From: Eledone cirrhosa
Lineage: Eukaryota
DNA length: 64,000 nucleotides
Reading direction: 5' to 3'
Assembly: GCA_964016885.1 (NCBI GenBank)
Contig: OZ024741.1
Location: forward strand, 398,598,001-398,662,000
How positions within the stretch are numbered: position 1 is the first letter of the stretch; each line of letters begins with the position of its first letter. A program made the position numbers and the translations under genes. Shown in pieces: positions 12,542 to 25,150 of this stretch. The notes below the pieces were generated by a model. The model had not been told where the DNA came from, ran no database searches, and saw only the letters and a list, made by a program, of their open reading frames with translations.

Positions 12542-12580
12542 GAAATGCCAACAAGTCGACGGCATCCTTCACTGATACGA
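12542..12580 (+). CDS. 39-nt coding micro-exon of an unidentified host gene (EMPTSRRHPSLIR)
   Basis: TTTCTTATTGTTTCTCTACAG acceptor, GTAAGT donor, length divisible by 3, phase-compatible with 20908-21009. Confidence 0.65.
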
Positions 12581-12700
12581 GTAAGTATTTACCAAATTGT
12601 TGTTGTGCTGAAGTTTCATTATTGTAGCTCATCTTTTGACAGTGAATTCATCATCATTGTTTAAGGTCTATCTTCCACACTAGCATGAATTATTTTGTGA

Positions 12701-13100
12701 ACTCTTGGACCTCAAATAATCATCTGCCCCACACCCTGCTTATTAATTATTCAGATTTTTTCCAACCCTGTCCCTGTTCTACCCCCCCCCCCCCCCTCCA
12801 TGCTCATTAGATTTTGCAAATTTATCTCTGGTGAAATGTTATTTTAACTGGTAGCATTCCTGCAACAATTGTTTTATTCATTACAAAACAAAGTACATTA
12901 CTAGAAATCCCATAAGTTATAAAATAGATAGGATGGGTTGCGATCTCAATATGTAAACTAAACGACTAATTCTGGTTTTTTAAAAGTCAACGGAGTCAAT
13001 CTAGAAAAATGACCCCCCCCCCCCCCCCCAGTTTATTCTAATCCCCTCACTTATTCCCCGCGTATTCCACTCCCCACCCCATTATTTGGGACCCAAGAGT
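12701..13100. mobile_element. Degenerate MITE, ~400 bp
   Basis: Imperfect TIRs ACTCTTGGACCTCAAATAAT / ATTATTTGGGACCCAAGAGT. Confidence 0.5.
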
Positions 13101-13544
13101 AGTTCTGGTTTTTACATTCTGAGTTTGTGATAGTCAATTGACAGAGTCCCTTTCTCTTCATTGAAACCATGAAAAAAGAAAAGGTAGCTACATCCTCCTC
13201 ATCATCATTTACCGTCCATCTTCCCTGCTAACATGGGTTGGATATGTCGTCACAGACCAGTCAGTACTCAAGCTGAGCCACTGGTCTCTAAGTGAGGGGG
13301 GGGGGGCACACATCCCACTTTCATACATTCCTGTGTAATCTATTCATTGTTCTGACAGTGTTTTATCATGGCACCAACACTAAGGAAGTTCTATATTGGG
13401 TTGTATGGTTTCTTTGTTGTACATGTGGTTGTGGGCAAGGTAAGCAGAGTTAGCTACGAGGAGCTGAGAGGGAGAAGAAGCTAGGATATAATACAATAAA
13501 TGAGATAAAACTTGTTTAAAAATTGGTATATGGTATATATTTTA

Positions 13545-14340
13545 TTGTTTGTGTAGGTGAAGGTAGAGGTATAGAAAGATGAGTGTTAGTATTAGAATGA
13601 AAGTAAGGGTTAGGATTAGTGTTAGTATAGTTACTGTGGTCACATGGCTACAGTCTACGACTCTTGTTGTTGGGTTACTTTAGGTCAGTTTAGGTAAAGG
13701 TAGAGGTGTAGAAAGATAAGTGTTAATATTAGAATTAAAGTAAGGGTTAATTGTAATCAGCCATTTAGAGTGATACATTTTCTTTTAGTTATTTGACTAT
13801 GGCAAAGCCGGCCATTAATAGCTCATATAATTGAAAATGACTGACCTATCTGCTGATATGCAAATCTGGCTGATCAGTGCATCTATTAATATGCAGATCT
13901 GACTAATCAGACAGTCTGATAATATGAAAATCAGGCCGATCACTCACAGTATATTTTAGAATATATCATATACTTTCACTAGCTCTGACAGTTGGCAGGT
14001 GAACAGTGAACAGCACTGATGAAGGGTAATAACCCAGAAGCATTAGTGTCTGCAGTTCTGTTTGCATGCCAACACAAGAGCAAGAATGAGGGGCTCATTC
14101 TACTGACGTGGCTTAAAAAGAGGATTAGTGTTAATATAGTTACTGTGGTCACATGGCTACAGTCTACGAAACTTGTTGCTGGGTTAGTTTAGGTCAGTTT
14201 AGATGAAGGTAGAGGTATAGAAAGATAAGGTGTGTTAATGTTAGAATTAAAGTTAGGATTAGTGTTAGTAATAGGATTAGTGTAGTTACCATGAACGGTC
14301 ATGCGGCTTCAGTCTACGAGTCTTGTTGGGTTAGTTTGGG
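13545..14340. repeat. Degenerate tandem repeat of ~140-bp units rich in GGTTAG
   Basis: AGGTAGAGGTRTAGAAAGAT...GTTACTGTGGTCACATGGCTACAGTCTACG recurs three to four times. Confidence 0.65.
14009..14057 (+). ncRNA. Degenerate hammerhead-like motif
   Basis: GCA CTGATGA aGGGT-AATA-ACCCa GAAG C ATTAGT GTC TGC; GAAA is mutated to GAAG. Confidence 0.45.
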
Positions 14341-14619
14341 CCACTTGATAGCGAGAACTTTCGGATTTTCTAATCTTTCATCAGACTGTCACTCCTGGCT
14401 TACCAACTCCATTACTCAGGAAGTTATGTCTTTGTCACAACTGAAAAGTCCTCCTGACCCTTTGTTTCACAGATTTTCTAGGGCTGGATCCCCTTCCTAC
14501 CACCAACCACTTTACAGAGTGTACTGGCTGTGTTTATTGTGTAGATCTCCAACACTAGGGAGATTGTCATGTTTATGGCACAACTGAAGAGCCCTGCTAA
14601 CTCTTTGACAAGTTTTCTA

Positions 14620-14735
14620 TAGATACATACATACACACACACGCACATACTTAAAGATACACACACACTTACAGACACACACACATGCATACTTACAGAT
14701 ACACACACACACACTTACAGATACACACACTTACA

Positions 14736-14771
<36 letters not shown>

Positions 14772-16285
14772 AGGTGCGGACGATATTTGTTCGCAAGATT
14801 ACTGTCTAGGAAAAAATAACACAGTAGTTTTATTTTTTAAGATATATTTATCAAACTTGGGTCAGTTTGTCTTCATGACTTGTTCTTTCGATCTCACTCG
14901 ATAAACCCGCACTTGTGATCCTGGCCTTCAGATCGTCTTTCGTATTGCAGCTAGATCTGTTGGTGTCTCGTTCCACTCCGCCCCACACAAAGAAGTCAAG
15001 GGGGTTGCAGTCAGGCGAGCTGGGAGGCCAGATGTTAGGTGAAGTGTGGTCGACAAAGTTCTCTGACAGCCAGGCTTGATCTTTCGGCTGGTATGGCTGG
15101 GCGCTGAGTTTTGCTGCCACACGTACGGCCTACCTGCAGCTACCTGGTGGATCCAGGGCTTTACTACCTCGCTCAGAATGCGGATGTAGCCATCGGTGTT
15201 CAGCTTGAGGCCCTCAGGGAAGAAGTGAGGTGGCATGACGTCACCTTGACTGCTTACGACACCTAAGACCAATGTTGTCGCTGGAAACTTTGTCTCCATG
15301 ACTCTGGGCACGTCTTTGGATGAGACACCATTCTCCTGCTGACGCCGAGAAAGTCTGAAATTTCCTTATTTGTCCTCCCGGTGCGGATTCCAAGAAGAAC
15401 TCCGTATCTCTTCCACAAATTTGGAGGTTCAAAATTATTCATAATCAATTATTCTGAAAATAAATAATGGAAATATAGTCACTGATGGAGACAAGAGTGA
15501 CGGCAGGAGAAGACATTAGCATAAAATTAGCAGTTGAAAATTGCCAACAAATATCGTCCACACCTGTACTTACAGTTACACACACACTTACTTACAGATA
15601 CACACACACTTACTTACAGATACACACACACACTTACTTACAGTTACACACACACATACTTACAGATACACACACACATACTTACAGATACACACACACT
15701 TACAGACACACACACACTTACAGACACACACACACTTACAGTTACACACAAATTTAGTTACACACACACTTACAGACACACATACTTACAGACACACACT
15801 TAGACACACATACTTACAGATACACACACACTTACTTAGTTACACACACACCTACTTACAGATACACACACACATACTTACAGATACACACACACTTACA
15901 GATACACACACACTTACAGACACACACACTTACAGTTACACACACACTTACTTACAGATACACACACTTACAGACACACACACACACACTTACAGTTACA
16001 CACAAATTTAGTTACACACACACTTACAGACACACATACTTACAGACACACACACTTACAGACACACACATACTTACATACACACACACACTTACAGATA
16101 CACACACACAGTTACACACACACTTACAGTTACACACACACTTACAGTTACACACACACTTACAGACACACACACAGTTACACACATACTTACAGATACA
16201 CACACGCTTACAGTTACACACATGCTTACAGTTACACACACACTTACAGTTACACACACTTACAGACACACACACACACACACTT
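14620..16285. repeat. CA-rich compound satellite (CACACACTTACAGA)n, interrupted by a transposon
   Basis: Repeat is visible on both sides of 14770-15566. Confidence 0.9.
14770..15566 (-). mobile_element. Internally deleted Tc1/mariner transposon, DD37D (maT-like)
   Basis: TIRs CA(A)GGTGYGGACGATATTTGTT flanked by TA; frameshifted transposase WQQNSAPSH...WPPSSPDCNPLDF with about 37 residues between the last two catalytic positions; N-terminal HTH-like piece at 15263-15448. Confidence 0.88.
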
Positions 16286-16852
16286 CATCATCATCATCAG
16301 GTTTAGCGTCCGTGTTCCACGCTTGCATGGGTTTGGACGGGGGTTTTCCCACTTGAGGCAAGAGTGGTTGTCTTGCTCGCATAGGACTGTCTGGCGGGTT
16401 TTCTACAGTTGGATGCCCTTCCTAACACCAACCACATTTACAGTGTGGGGCTGGGAGGTTTTTACCGTGTTGCCTACACGGCCACATTACAGCGTGGACT
16501 GTCTGGCGGGTTTTCTACAGCTGGATGCCCTTCCTAACACCAACCACATTTACAGTGTGGGGCTGGGAGGTTTTTACCGTGTTGCCTACACGGCCACATT
16601 TACAGCGTGGACTGTGTGTTTTTTTGTCGTGACACCTACACGATCTCATTTGTTTCGGCCTGGATGTTGTGGGACCAACATAACTTTACATTGAAAGGGG
16701 CGGTGTGGATGGGGTGGAGGTGGTGGGACGGGGGGGTGTTTTGATAGAGATGCCTACTGACTGTAGTAGGTTTTTACTTTGTATTTAGGTAAGGCGGGTC
16801 TTCTCTATTACTGAGTACCGCCAAAGGTCTCGGTCCAGTGACATTGTCTTGG
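16286..16852 (-). mobile_element. RTE family A 3' end with an internal tandem duplication
   Basis: Matches 5779-6240; a ~110-bp segment is duplicated. Confidence 0.9.
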
Positions 16853-16894
16853 ATACATACACACACGCACAGATACACATACATTATATCAAAA

Positions 16895-19800
16895 TTTCTA
16901 ATTAATATTAACAAATTATATAAAATTTTATATTAATATTAACAAATTATATAAAATTTTATATTATTAACAAATTATATACATTTTTAATTAATATAAA
17001 CAAATTATATAAAATTTTATATTAATATTAACAAATTATATAAAATTTTATATTAATAACAAATTATATAAAATTTTATATTATTAACAAATTATATAAA
17101 TTTTTAATTAATATTAACAAATTATATAAAATTTTATATTAATATTAACAAATTATATAAAATTTTATATTAATATTAACAAATTATATAAATATTTATA
17201 TTAATATTAACAAATTATATTAAATTTTATATTAATATTAACAAAAAGCACAAACTTTAAAAAACCCGACAACCACCTGATCACCTATAGATCACGGGAG
17301 GACTCTAGTCAGATAGATTTTATCCTCATCAGAGGACGTGACAGATGGACGGTCGTAAACACAAAAGCCTTCCCTAGTGAGGAATGTACATCTCAACATA
17401 GCTTAGTTGTCAGCGACCTCACAGTCAGAACTAGACGAACCTGGAAACAGAGGCCAACCTGGAGAAGAAAGATCTGGAAGCTGAAAGACCCCTCAACCAG
17501 TAGCAGATTTAAAGATATTTTACTCAACGCCTACGACAGTAAAGAAGAACAGATAGAAAAATTCAATGTAGAAGAGAACTGGGAGTTCCTAAAAAATAAC
17601 TTACTAGAGGCGACGGATGAGGTCTGTGGCTGGAGTAAGACCTCAAGCAGGAGGAGAGTGACTTGGTGGTGGAACAATAAGGTAGATGAGGCAGTTAAGG
17701 CCAAGAGACAGGCATGGAAAGAATGGAAGAATGGGGGGGAGCAGGGTACATTACATAGAGACCAAGAGGGAAGCTAGGCGACAAGTATACTTAGCTAGGA
17801 GGGAAGCAGAGGATAGAAAATTCAAGCATGTGAGCATGCCCTCACAAGTGCTGAGAAGAAAGATGCATGGAAGAGTCATTATGATAGATTACTAAATGAG
17901 GAGAATGCATGGGAAGAAGAGACCCTACCCCAAGTAGACCCTATAGAGGGGCCAGCAGTACAAGTCAGCAGCAACATAGTAAGTAAGGCAATCAAAGATA
18001 TGAAGATGGGGAAGGCAACCGGTCCATCGGGTATAGCTGCCGAGATGCTGAAGGCATCTGGGTCTGTAGGTCACACTATAACCACACGTATTGTTAACCA
18101 GGTAATACTAGGTGTCATACCAAAAGATTGGTGCAGTAGCATCATTGTCAACTGCTACAAAGGTAATGGTGATGCACTAGATAGAGGAAACTATAGAGGT
18201 ATAAAGTTGATGGACCAGGTCATGAAAGTAACAGAAAGAGTTATAGCACAGTTGATTAGGGACCGGGTGAAACTAGACGAAATGCAATTTGGGTTTGTAC
18301 CAGGAAGAGGCACCACTGATGCCCTCTTTCTTGTGAGGCAGTTACAGGAAAAGTACCTAGCTAAAAGTAAGCCACTCTACCTGGCATTTGTCGACCTTGA
18401 GAAAGCCTTTGACAGAGTTCCATGTGCTGTAATCTGGTGGGCTCTTAGAAAACTAGGAGTAGATGAATGGCTTGTGAAAGCGGTACAAGCCATGTATAGG
18501 GGAACAGTCAGCAAAGTTAGGATTAGCAATGAGTATAGCGAGGAATTTAGCGTACAGGTTGGGGTCCACCAGGGCTCTGTTCTTAGCCCCCTCCTGTTCA
18601 TCATAGTCCTGCAGGCAATAACGGAGGAGTTTAAGACCGGATGCCCATGGGAACTCCTGTATGCTGATGACCTCGCACTTATAGCTGAATCTATGGTAGA
18701 ACTAGAGAAGAAATTCCAAACTTGGAAGCAGGGACTAGAAAGAAAGGGTCTCAAAGTCAACATGACAAAGACTAAGGTCCTTGTAAGTAGACGAGAAAAC
18801 AGAACCCAGATCCCTTCAGGGAAATGGCCTTGCTCAGTATGTAGGAAAGGTGTAGGTAGGAACTCCATTCTCTGCCCCAAATGCAAACAATGGGTACACA
18901 AGAGATGTAGCGGGATCTCAGGAAGCTTAATTAAGAATGTAGGCTTCACATGCAGCAGCTGTGCTGGGACAGCAAGCAGCGAACAGCCACAGGAAACAAG
19001 TACCACCAATCTCTGGGAGGGCCCTGTAGAAACAGTAGACAGCTTCTGCTACCTAGGTGACCGAATTAGCAGCGGAGGTGGGTGTTCAGAAAGTACAATA
19101 ACTAGGGTAAGAACGGGATGGAAGAAGTTTAGGTAACTACTACCACTGCTAGCTGCAAAAGGCTTCTCCCTCAAAATGAAAGGCAGACTGTATGATGCGT
19201 GTATCCGAACAGCGATGTTGCATGGTAGTGAGACCTGGGTGCTGAAGGTGGAAGACTTACGTAGATTAGAGAGAAACGAAGCCTGCATGCTCCGATGGAT
19301 GTGTAATAGTAATATACGCGAACGACAAAGCATAAATGAATTGAGAGAGAGACTGAGCATAAGGGGAATCAAATGCTGTGTGCAGGAGAGGCGGTTGCGC
19401 TGGTATGGACATGTGATGCGTATGAAGGATGACAGCTGCATAAAACGGTGCAGAGCACTAGAAGTCGATGGAAACCGCGGAGTGGGGAGACCCAAGATGA
19501 CCTGGGATGAGGTGATAAAAGCCGACCTTACCCAAAGGCGATGACACACGACCATGACCTCTGGCGTCACGCAGTAATACAGAGTACCCGACCTCCCATG
19601 GGTACAAGCTGAAGCATATAGACAATATGCCCCCACACCCCCCACCGCAAGGTGGCTGTGGAGGTGCCACGGCAAAAAAGCACCCAGCCCACACTGTAAA
19701 GTGGACGTGTAGGCGCCACGAAAAAGCACCCAGCACTCACTGTAAATGAGGTTGGTGTTAGGAAGGGCATCCAGCTGTAGAAATCAAACCAAATCAGTTC

Positions 19801-20890
19801 CTGTATGAGCAAGGCATGGTCAGCCGAACAGACACTGCCCACAACAGGACAACCCGTCTAACCCATGCTAGCGTGGAAGAACGGACGTGAAACGGTGATG
19901 ATGATGATGATGAAATTATATAAAATTTTATATTAATATTAACAAATTATATAAAATTTTATATTAATATTAACAAATTATATAAAATTTTATATTAATA
20001 TTAACGAATTATATAAAATTTTATATTAATATTAACGAATTATATAAAATTTTATATTAATATTAACAAATTATATAAAATTTTATATTAATATTAACAA
20101 ATTATATAAAATTTTATATTAATATTAACAAATTATATAAAATTTTATATTAATATTAACGAATTATATAAAATTTTATATTAATATTAACAAATTATAT
20201 AAAATTTTATATTAATATTAACAAATTATATAAAATTTTATATTAATATTAACGAGTTATATAAAATTTTATATTAATATTAACAAATTATATAAAATTT
20301 TATATTAATATTAACGAGTTATATAAAATTTTATATTAATATTAACAAATTATATAAAATTTTATATTAATATTAACGAGTTATATAAAATTTTATATTA
20401 ATATTAACGAGTTATATTAAATTTTATATTAATATTAACATATTATATAAAATTTTATATTAATATTAACGAGTTATATAAAATTTTATATTAATATTAA
20501 CAAATTATATAAAATTTTATATTAATATTAACGAGTTATATAAAATTTTATATTAATATTAACAAATTATATAAAATTTTATATTAATATTAACGAGTTA
20601 TATAAAATTTTATATTAATATTAACGAGTTATATTAAATTTTATATTAATATTAACAAATTATATAAAATTTTATATTAATATTAACGAGTTATATAAAA
20701 TTTTATATTAATATTAACAAATTATATAAAATTTTATATTAATATTAACGAGTTATATAAAATTTTATATTAATATTAACAAATTATATAAAATTTTATA
20801 TTAATATTAACGAGTTATATAAAATTTTATATTAATATTAACGAGTTATATTAAATTTTATATTAATATTAACGAGTTATATTAAATTTT
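16895..20890. repeat. 31-bp AT minisatellite (AACAAATTATATAAAATTTTATATTAATATT)n split by an RTE insertion
   Basis: Arrays at 16895-17245 and 19913-20890. Confidence 0.95.
17246..19912 (+). mobile_element. 5'-truncated RTE family B LINE
   Basis: End of APE plus RT ORFs 18000-19136 and 19176-19544; 3' UTR differs from family A; (GAT)n tail. Confidence 0.93.
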
Positions 20891-20907
20891 TGAATTCATT
20901 TTTTCAG

Positions 20908-21009
20908 CAAAACCGTAAAAAATATTTCCAGTTTCTAGTAGACGAACAATTGGAGGGAGTGACTGACTTCATTTCACGGTTCATTGAGTCTCGATCAGGT
21001 CTACAGTTG
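20908..21009 (+). CDS. 102-nt coding exon of an unidentified host gene (QNRKKYFQFLVDEQLEGVTDFISRFIESRSGLQL)
   Basis: TTTTTTCAG acceptor, GTAGGT donor, open phase-0 frame, non-repetitive protein-like composition. Confidence 0.7.
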
Positions 21010-21289
21010 GTAGGTTTAGGGGCTTTTTTATAACTCTTCACGTTTGTCATCATCATCATAGTCATTATCATCACTTAAACGTGGTTGGTGTTAGGAAGGG
21101 CATCCAACCGTAGAAAACCCGCCAGACAGTCCCGAGCAAGGCAACCAATCTTGCCTCAAGTGGGACAATTCCCGTCCAAACCCATGCTAGTGTGGAAGAT
21201 GGACGTTAAACGATGATGATGATGATCATCATCATCACCATTTAACGTCTATTTTTCCATGTTTACATGGGCTAGACAGGTGACCCACA

Positions 21290-21600
21290 TTGAGACAAGT
21301 CATTGTCACCATCATTATCACAATCATCATCATTGTCACCATCATTATCACAATCATCATCATTGTCATCATTATCATCATCATTATCCTCATCATCATT
21401 ATCATCATCATTATCATTGTCACCATTGTCATCATTATCCTCATCATTATCCTCATCATCATCATTGTCATCATTATCATCATCATTATCATCATCATCA
21501 TCATCACCATTGTCACCATTGTCATCATTGTCATCATCATCATCATTATCACCACCACCATCATTGTCAGTATCATCATTATTGTTATCATCACCATCGT
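21290..21600. repeat. Degenerate (CAT)n microsatellite
   Basis: Seen directly; it produces the poly-H/I/S ORFs in the track. Confidence 0.95.
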
Positions 21601-21784
21601 CTTTGTTTAATGTCCACTTTCCCTGCTGGGTTGGACAGGTCTATATAAACCAAGTCGGTCATGAAGTGGTGGCTATTAACCTCCCAGGCAGGTAGGTGGG
21701 TCTGCATGTCACTTATATATGGCCTTACATTCTATCGAGTGCACAGGAGAGGTTGTTATGTCTTTACACAACTGACACCCTTTG

Positions 21785-22205
21785 TTTGGCTGACTTTCTA
21801 CAGCTGGATGCCCTTCCCAACACCAACCACTTTACAGTGTGTACTGAGTGCTTTTATTGTGTAGATCACCAGCACTAGGGAGGCTGTCATGTCCTTGGCA
21901 CAACTAAAGGGTTCTACAGCTGGATGCCCTTCCCAACACCAACCACTTTACAGTGTGTACTGAGTGCTTTTATTGTGTAGATCACCAGCACTAGGGAGGC
22001 TGTCATGTCCTTGGCACAACTAAAGGGTTATACAGCTGGATGCCCTTTCTAACATCAACCACATTTACAGTGTGAACTGAGTGCTTTTATTGTGTAAATC
22101 ACCAATACTAGGGGAGGGGGGCATCATGACCTAACTGAAGGGTCCTTCCAACCCTTTGTTTATAAGCTTTCTTAAGCTGGATGCCCTTCCTAGCACCAAC
22201 CAATT
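21785..22205 (-). repeat. Tandemised old RTE-tail-like unit (~118 bp, 3-4 copies)
   Basis: CAGCTGGATGCCCTTCCCAACACCAACCAC...GGCACAACTAAAGGG repeated. Confidence 0.7.
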
Positions 22206-22321
22206 TATTTATTAAAACACTTGTTTTTGCTTGCAAACAAATCAAATATTATTATTATTCGATATAAACTCACAAATACATGTTTATTCATTGAAACCAT
22301 TTTATTTTCATCTTGTTTCAG

Positions 22322-22336
22322 AAACCTGCTGAATGA
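22322..22336 (+). CDS. Probable terminal coding exon (KPAE*) followed by putative 3' UTR
   Basis: Strong acceptor TTTTATTTTCATCTTGTTTCAG; phase 0 gives AAA CCT GCT GAA TGA; about 1 kb of non-repetitive sequence follows. Confidence 0.5.
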   Translation, partial: KPAE

Positions 22337-23464
22337 ACTTCAGCCACACCTGTCCACTGTTTTCACTGCTTCTTTTAATTCTATGAACAACCAATTCCAG
22401 GTGTCTCATTCAATCTTTCTGTGATTGTTGTAGTGTTAAGACCTGGTCATTGTTAGTGAAGGGAATCTATCTCTCCACCAACATCACAATCAACATTACA
22501 GTCAACAATACATCAATCCAGCAGTGTGATGAAGTATTTGCTCCCTCATGAAACACATATTCTCAGCTATCAACAACTTTCTCTATTCAACACGACTTAC
22601 ACTGCTGTCTTTCAACCCAACATCTTCACCCCACAAGCTTCTTACGTTACACTTCTATAGTTCTTAGCTTCTTATTGCCCCTGGTATTTGTTGTTTTTAA
22701 TGTAATTATGGACATCATACAAGTAGGAACAGTTGAGATACTTTTCTGTCTATATGAGTTTTATGTCCTTTACAATCAGTTTAGCAACATTCCTATCTTC
22801 CAGGGCTACTTGAAACTGTGCCATGCCCTAGGGCTGCTTTGGAATTATTAAGCTTGACTTTATATAATTCCTTCAATTATACCGTCACCCAAAGTCAGTT
22901 TGTTTCAGAGTTGGTAGATGTATTTTGCTTTATCTCCATAACACTGAGCATTTTAACTCAACTTATATTAAGTTTTGAATAACTGCCAGCATTTCCTGAG
23001 AACATATTTCCATTTCTTACTGATGACAACACAATCAATTTACGATCAAGCTATGATCAATTTATGACCAATTTATGATCAATCTATGCTGTGTTGGTGT
23101 TGGGTGCTTCTAGACCAATATGTGCAGCTTCTTGTGTTGGACCATGGATCAGAGGTGGACAAGCTTATATATTTTGGTGTTTCTACCTAAGGGGATCTTA
23201 ATGAATCAATCTGGTCCAATTCAACTTCAGAAATCTCTTTAAAACCACACATATCAATCAGGAGGTAAAATTGTGCTGTTGTTGTCTTGCAGTGTTCTAT
23301 AAAGTTCACCTCTACAATGATTCTGAATTGTGTTGTTTTGGATGATATGGTGAAAACACTGCGATTATGTTTAATATTATTAGTAAGATCGACTGTAAAA
23401 GTTTGGCATATGTCTTCACTGCATGAGTAAATACTTTGCTAAGCACAGTTATAATACCTCTGTA

Positions 23465-23915
23465 TTGGTCTAATGGTTAGCATGCTTGGTATATGCTTGT
23501 AATGTTGTCGGTTTGATTCCTGGGCCTGGTTGTGTGTTGTGTTCTTGAGCAAAACACTTTGTTTCATGTTGCTTCAGTATACTCAGCCGAGAATGAGTAT
23601 TAGTAGTAGCTGGGGAGTTAAACCTGTGATAGACTGGCATCTTGTCCAGGGAGAGTCTTGTGCTCTCAGTTGCATAGTGGCAAGGAAACTGGAGATAAGC
23701 ATTGGCCTGATGATCCTTTAAACTTAAGACAGACTTTAGATATTGGCCAAATGGTTAATATGTTTCATGTATGATTGTAATGTCGGTTTGATTCCTGGAC
23801 CTGGGTGTGTGTTGTGTTCTTGAGCAAAACACTGGCCTTCTGATAGACTTGCATCCTGTCTAGAGAGAGTCATGTACTCTCAGTTGCTTAGCGCCAAGGT
23901 AACTGGTCTGATGAA
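23465..23915 (+). mobile_element. Two adjacent decayed tRNA-derived SINEs
   Basis: A/B-box remnants, TTGTGTTCTTGAGCAAAACAC, GACTGGCATC; similar to 33725-34130. Confidence 0.7.
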
Positions 23916-24399
23916 CCTTCGATAGACCAGCATCAACAGTTTGTGTTCTATATATTGATACTACATTGCATCCTCGGTTAAGATACTGAGCTCACAACAG
24001 CCAAGTCATCTTTGCATTATTGTTGCTGTTGTTGTTAGTCAGAGCTGATGAAACAGAGCTGATCAAAGATATGATCGAACAGAGCCGATCAAAAGATATT
24101 GAACGTCCAACCCATGCTAGCGTGGAAGATGGACGTTAAACGACGATGATGACGATGAGAGCTGATTAAAAGATATCCAACAGAGCTGCTGAAAAGATAT
24201 CAAATAGAGTTGGTCAAATGATATTATTGAACAGAGCTGATCAGAGCTGGTCAAAAGATATCAAAAGACACACCAATGTCTCCATCATGATTTCTCAGAC
24301 TATACATTATTATGTCTTTCCCTGCAGTAGGGTGTGATTTGGAGGAAGGTTTGTTAGCTATTTCTAGCAAGTTTGATTGACTACATAGAAGGGGTCTTT

Positions 24400-25150
24400 T
24401 TGAGAGGGTTACATGATGGTGTAATTCACCTTAAGTTGTTATAGAAGGGGGTCTGTGACAGTTACACTGTAGAAGGGCCTCTGTGAGAGGGTTACATGGT
24501 GTAAGTCACCTTAAGTTGTTATAGAAGGGGGTCTGTGACAGTTACACTGTAGAAGGGCCCTTGTGAGAGGGTTACATGGTGTAATTCACCTTAAGTTATA
24601 GAAGCGGGTCTGTGACAGTTACACTGTAGAAGGGCCCCTGTGAGAGGGTTACATGATGGTGTAAGTCACCTTATTAAGTCGTTATACTGAGGAGTGTTTC
24701 ATTTGTTTTCACTGCTGGCTTCAATAATTGGATTCTCCCCAAAGGAAATATTGCCTTCAAAAGAACTGGCAGTTTCCACATGAGTACACACGATATAAGA
24801 TCAAGTCTCCATCCGAGTACACAATATCAGTTGATCATTTTCCACATGAGTACACACGATATAAGATCAAGTCTTCATATGAATACACATCATCAGTTCA
24901 AGTCATTTTCCATATGAGTGCACACGATATCAGGTCAAGTAAATTTCTCACATGATTGCACATTATATAAGATCAAGTGACTTTTCACATGAGTACACAT
25001 GATATTGGATCAAGTTAATTTCCCACATGAGTGCATACTAAATCTGATCGAGTCTCCACATGAATACATATGATATCAAGTGACTTTTAACATGATTGCA
25101 CATAATATCAAATGAAAGAACTTTCCACATGAGTGCACACGATATCAGAT
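24400..25150. repeat. Two minisatellites: ~80-bp units (24400-24672) and ~33-bp units (24770-25150)
   Basis: GAGAGGGTTACATG...AGAAGGGCC about 4 copies; TTTCCACATGAGTACACACGATATAAGATCAAGT repeated. Confidence 0.8.

Noticed and set aside
15485-16281. His/Thr- or Cys/Val-rich ORFs (also 21235-21695, 53153-53572, 55822-56466, 58217-59489)
   Set aside because: They are translations of micro- and minisatellites.
24400-25150. CRISPR-like array
   Set aside because: Repeats are contiguous and degenerate with no unique spacers, no cas genes, and a eukaryotic context.
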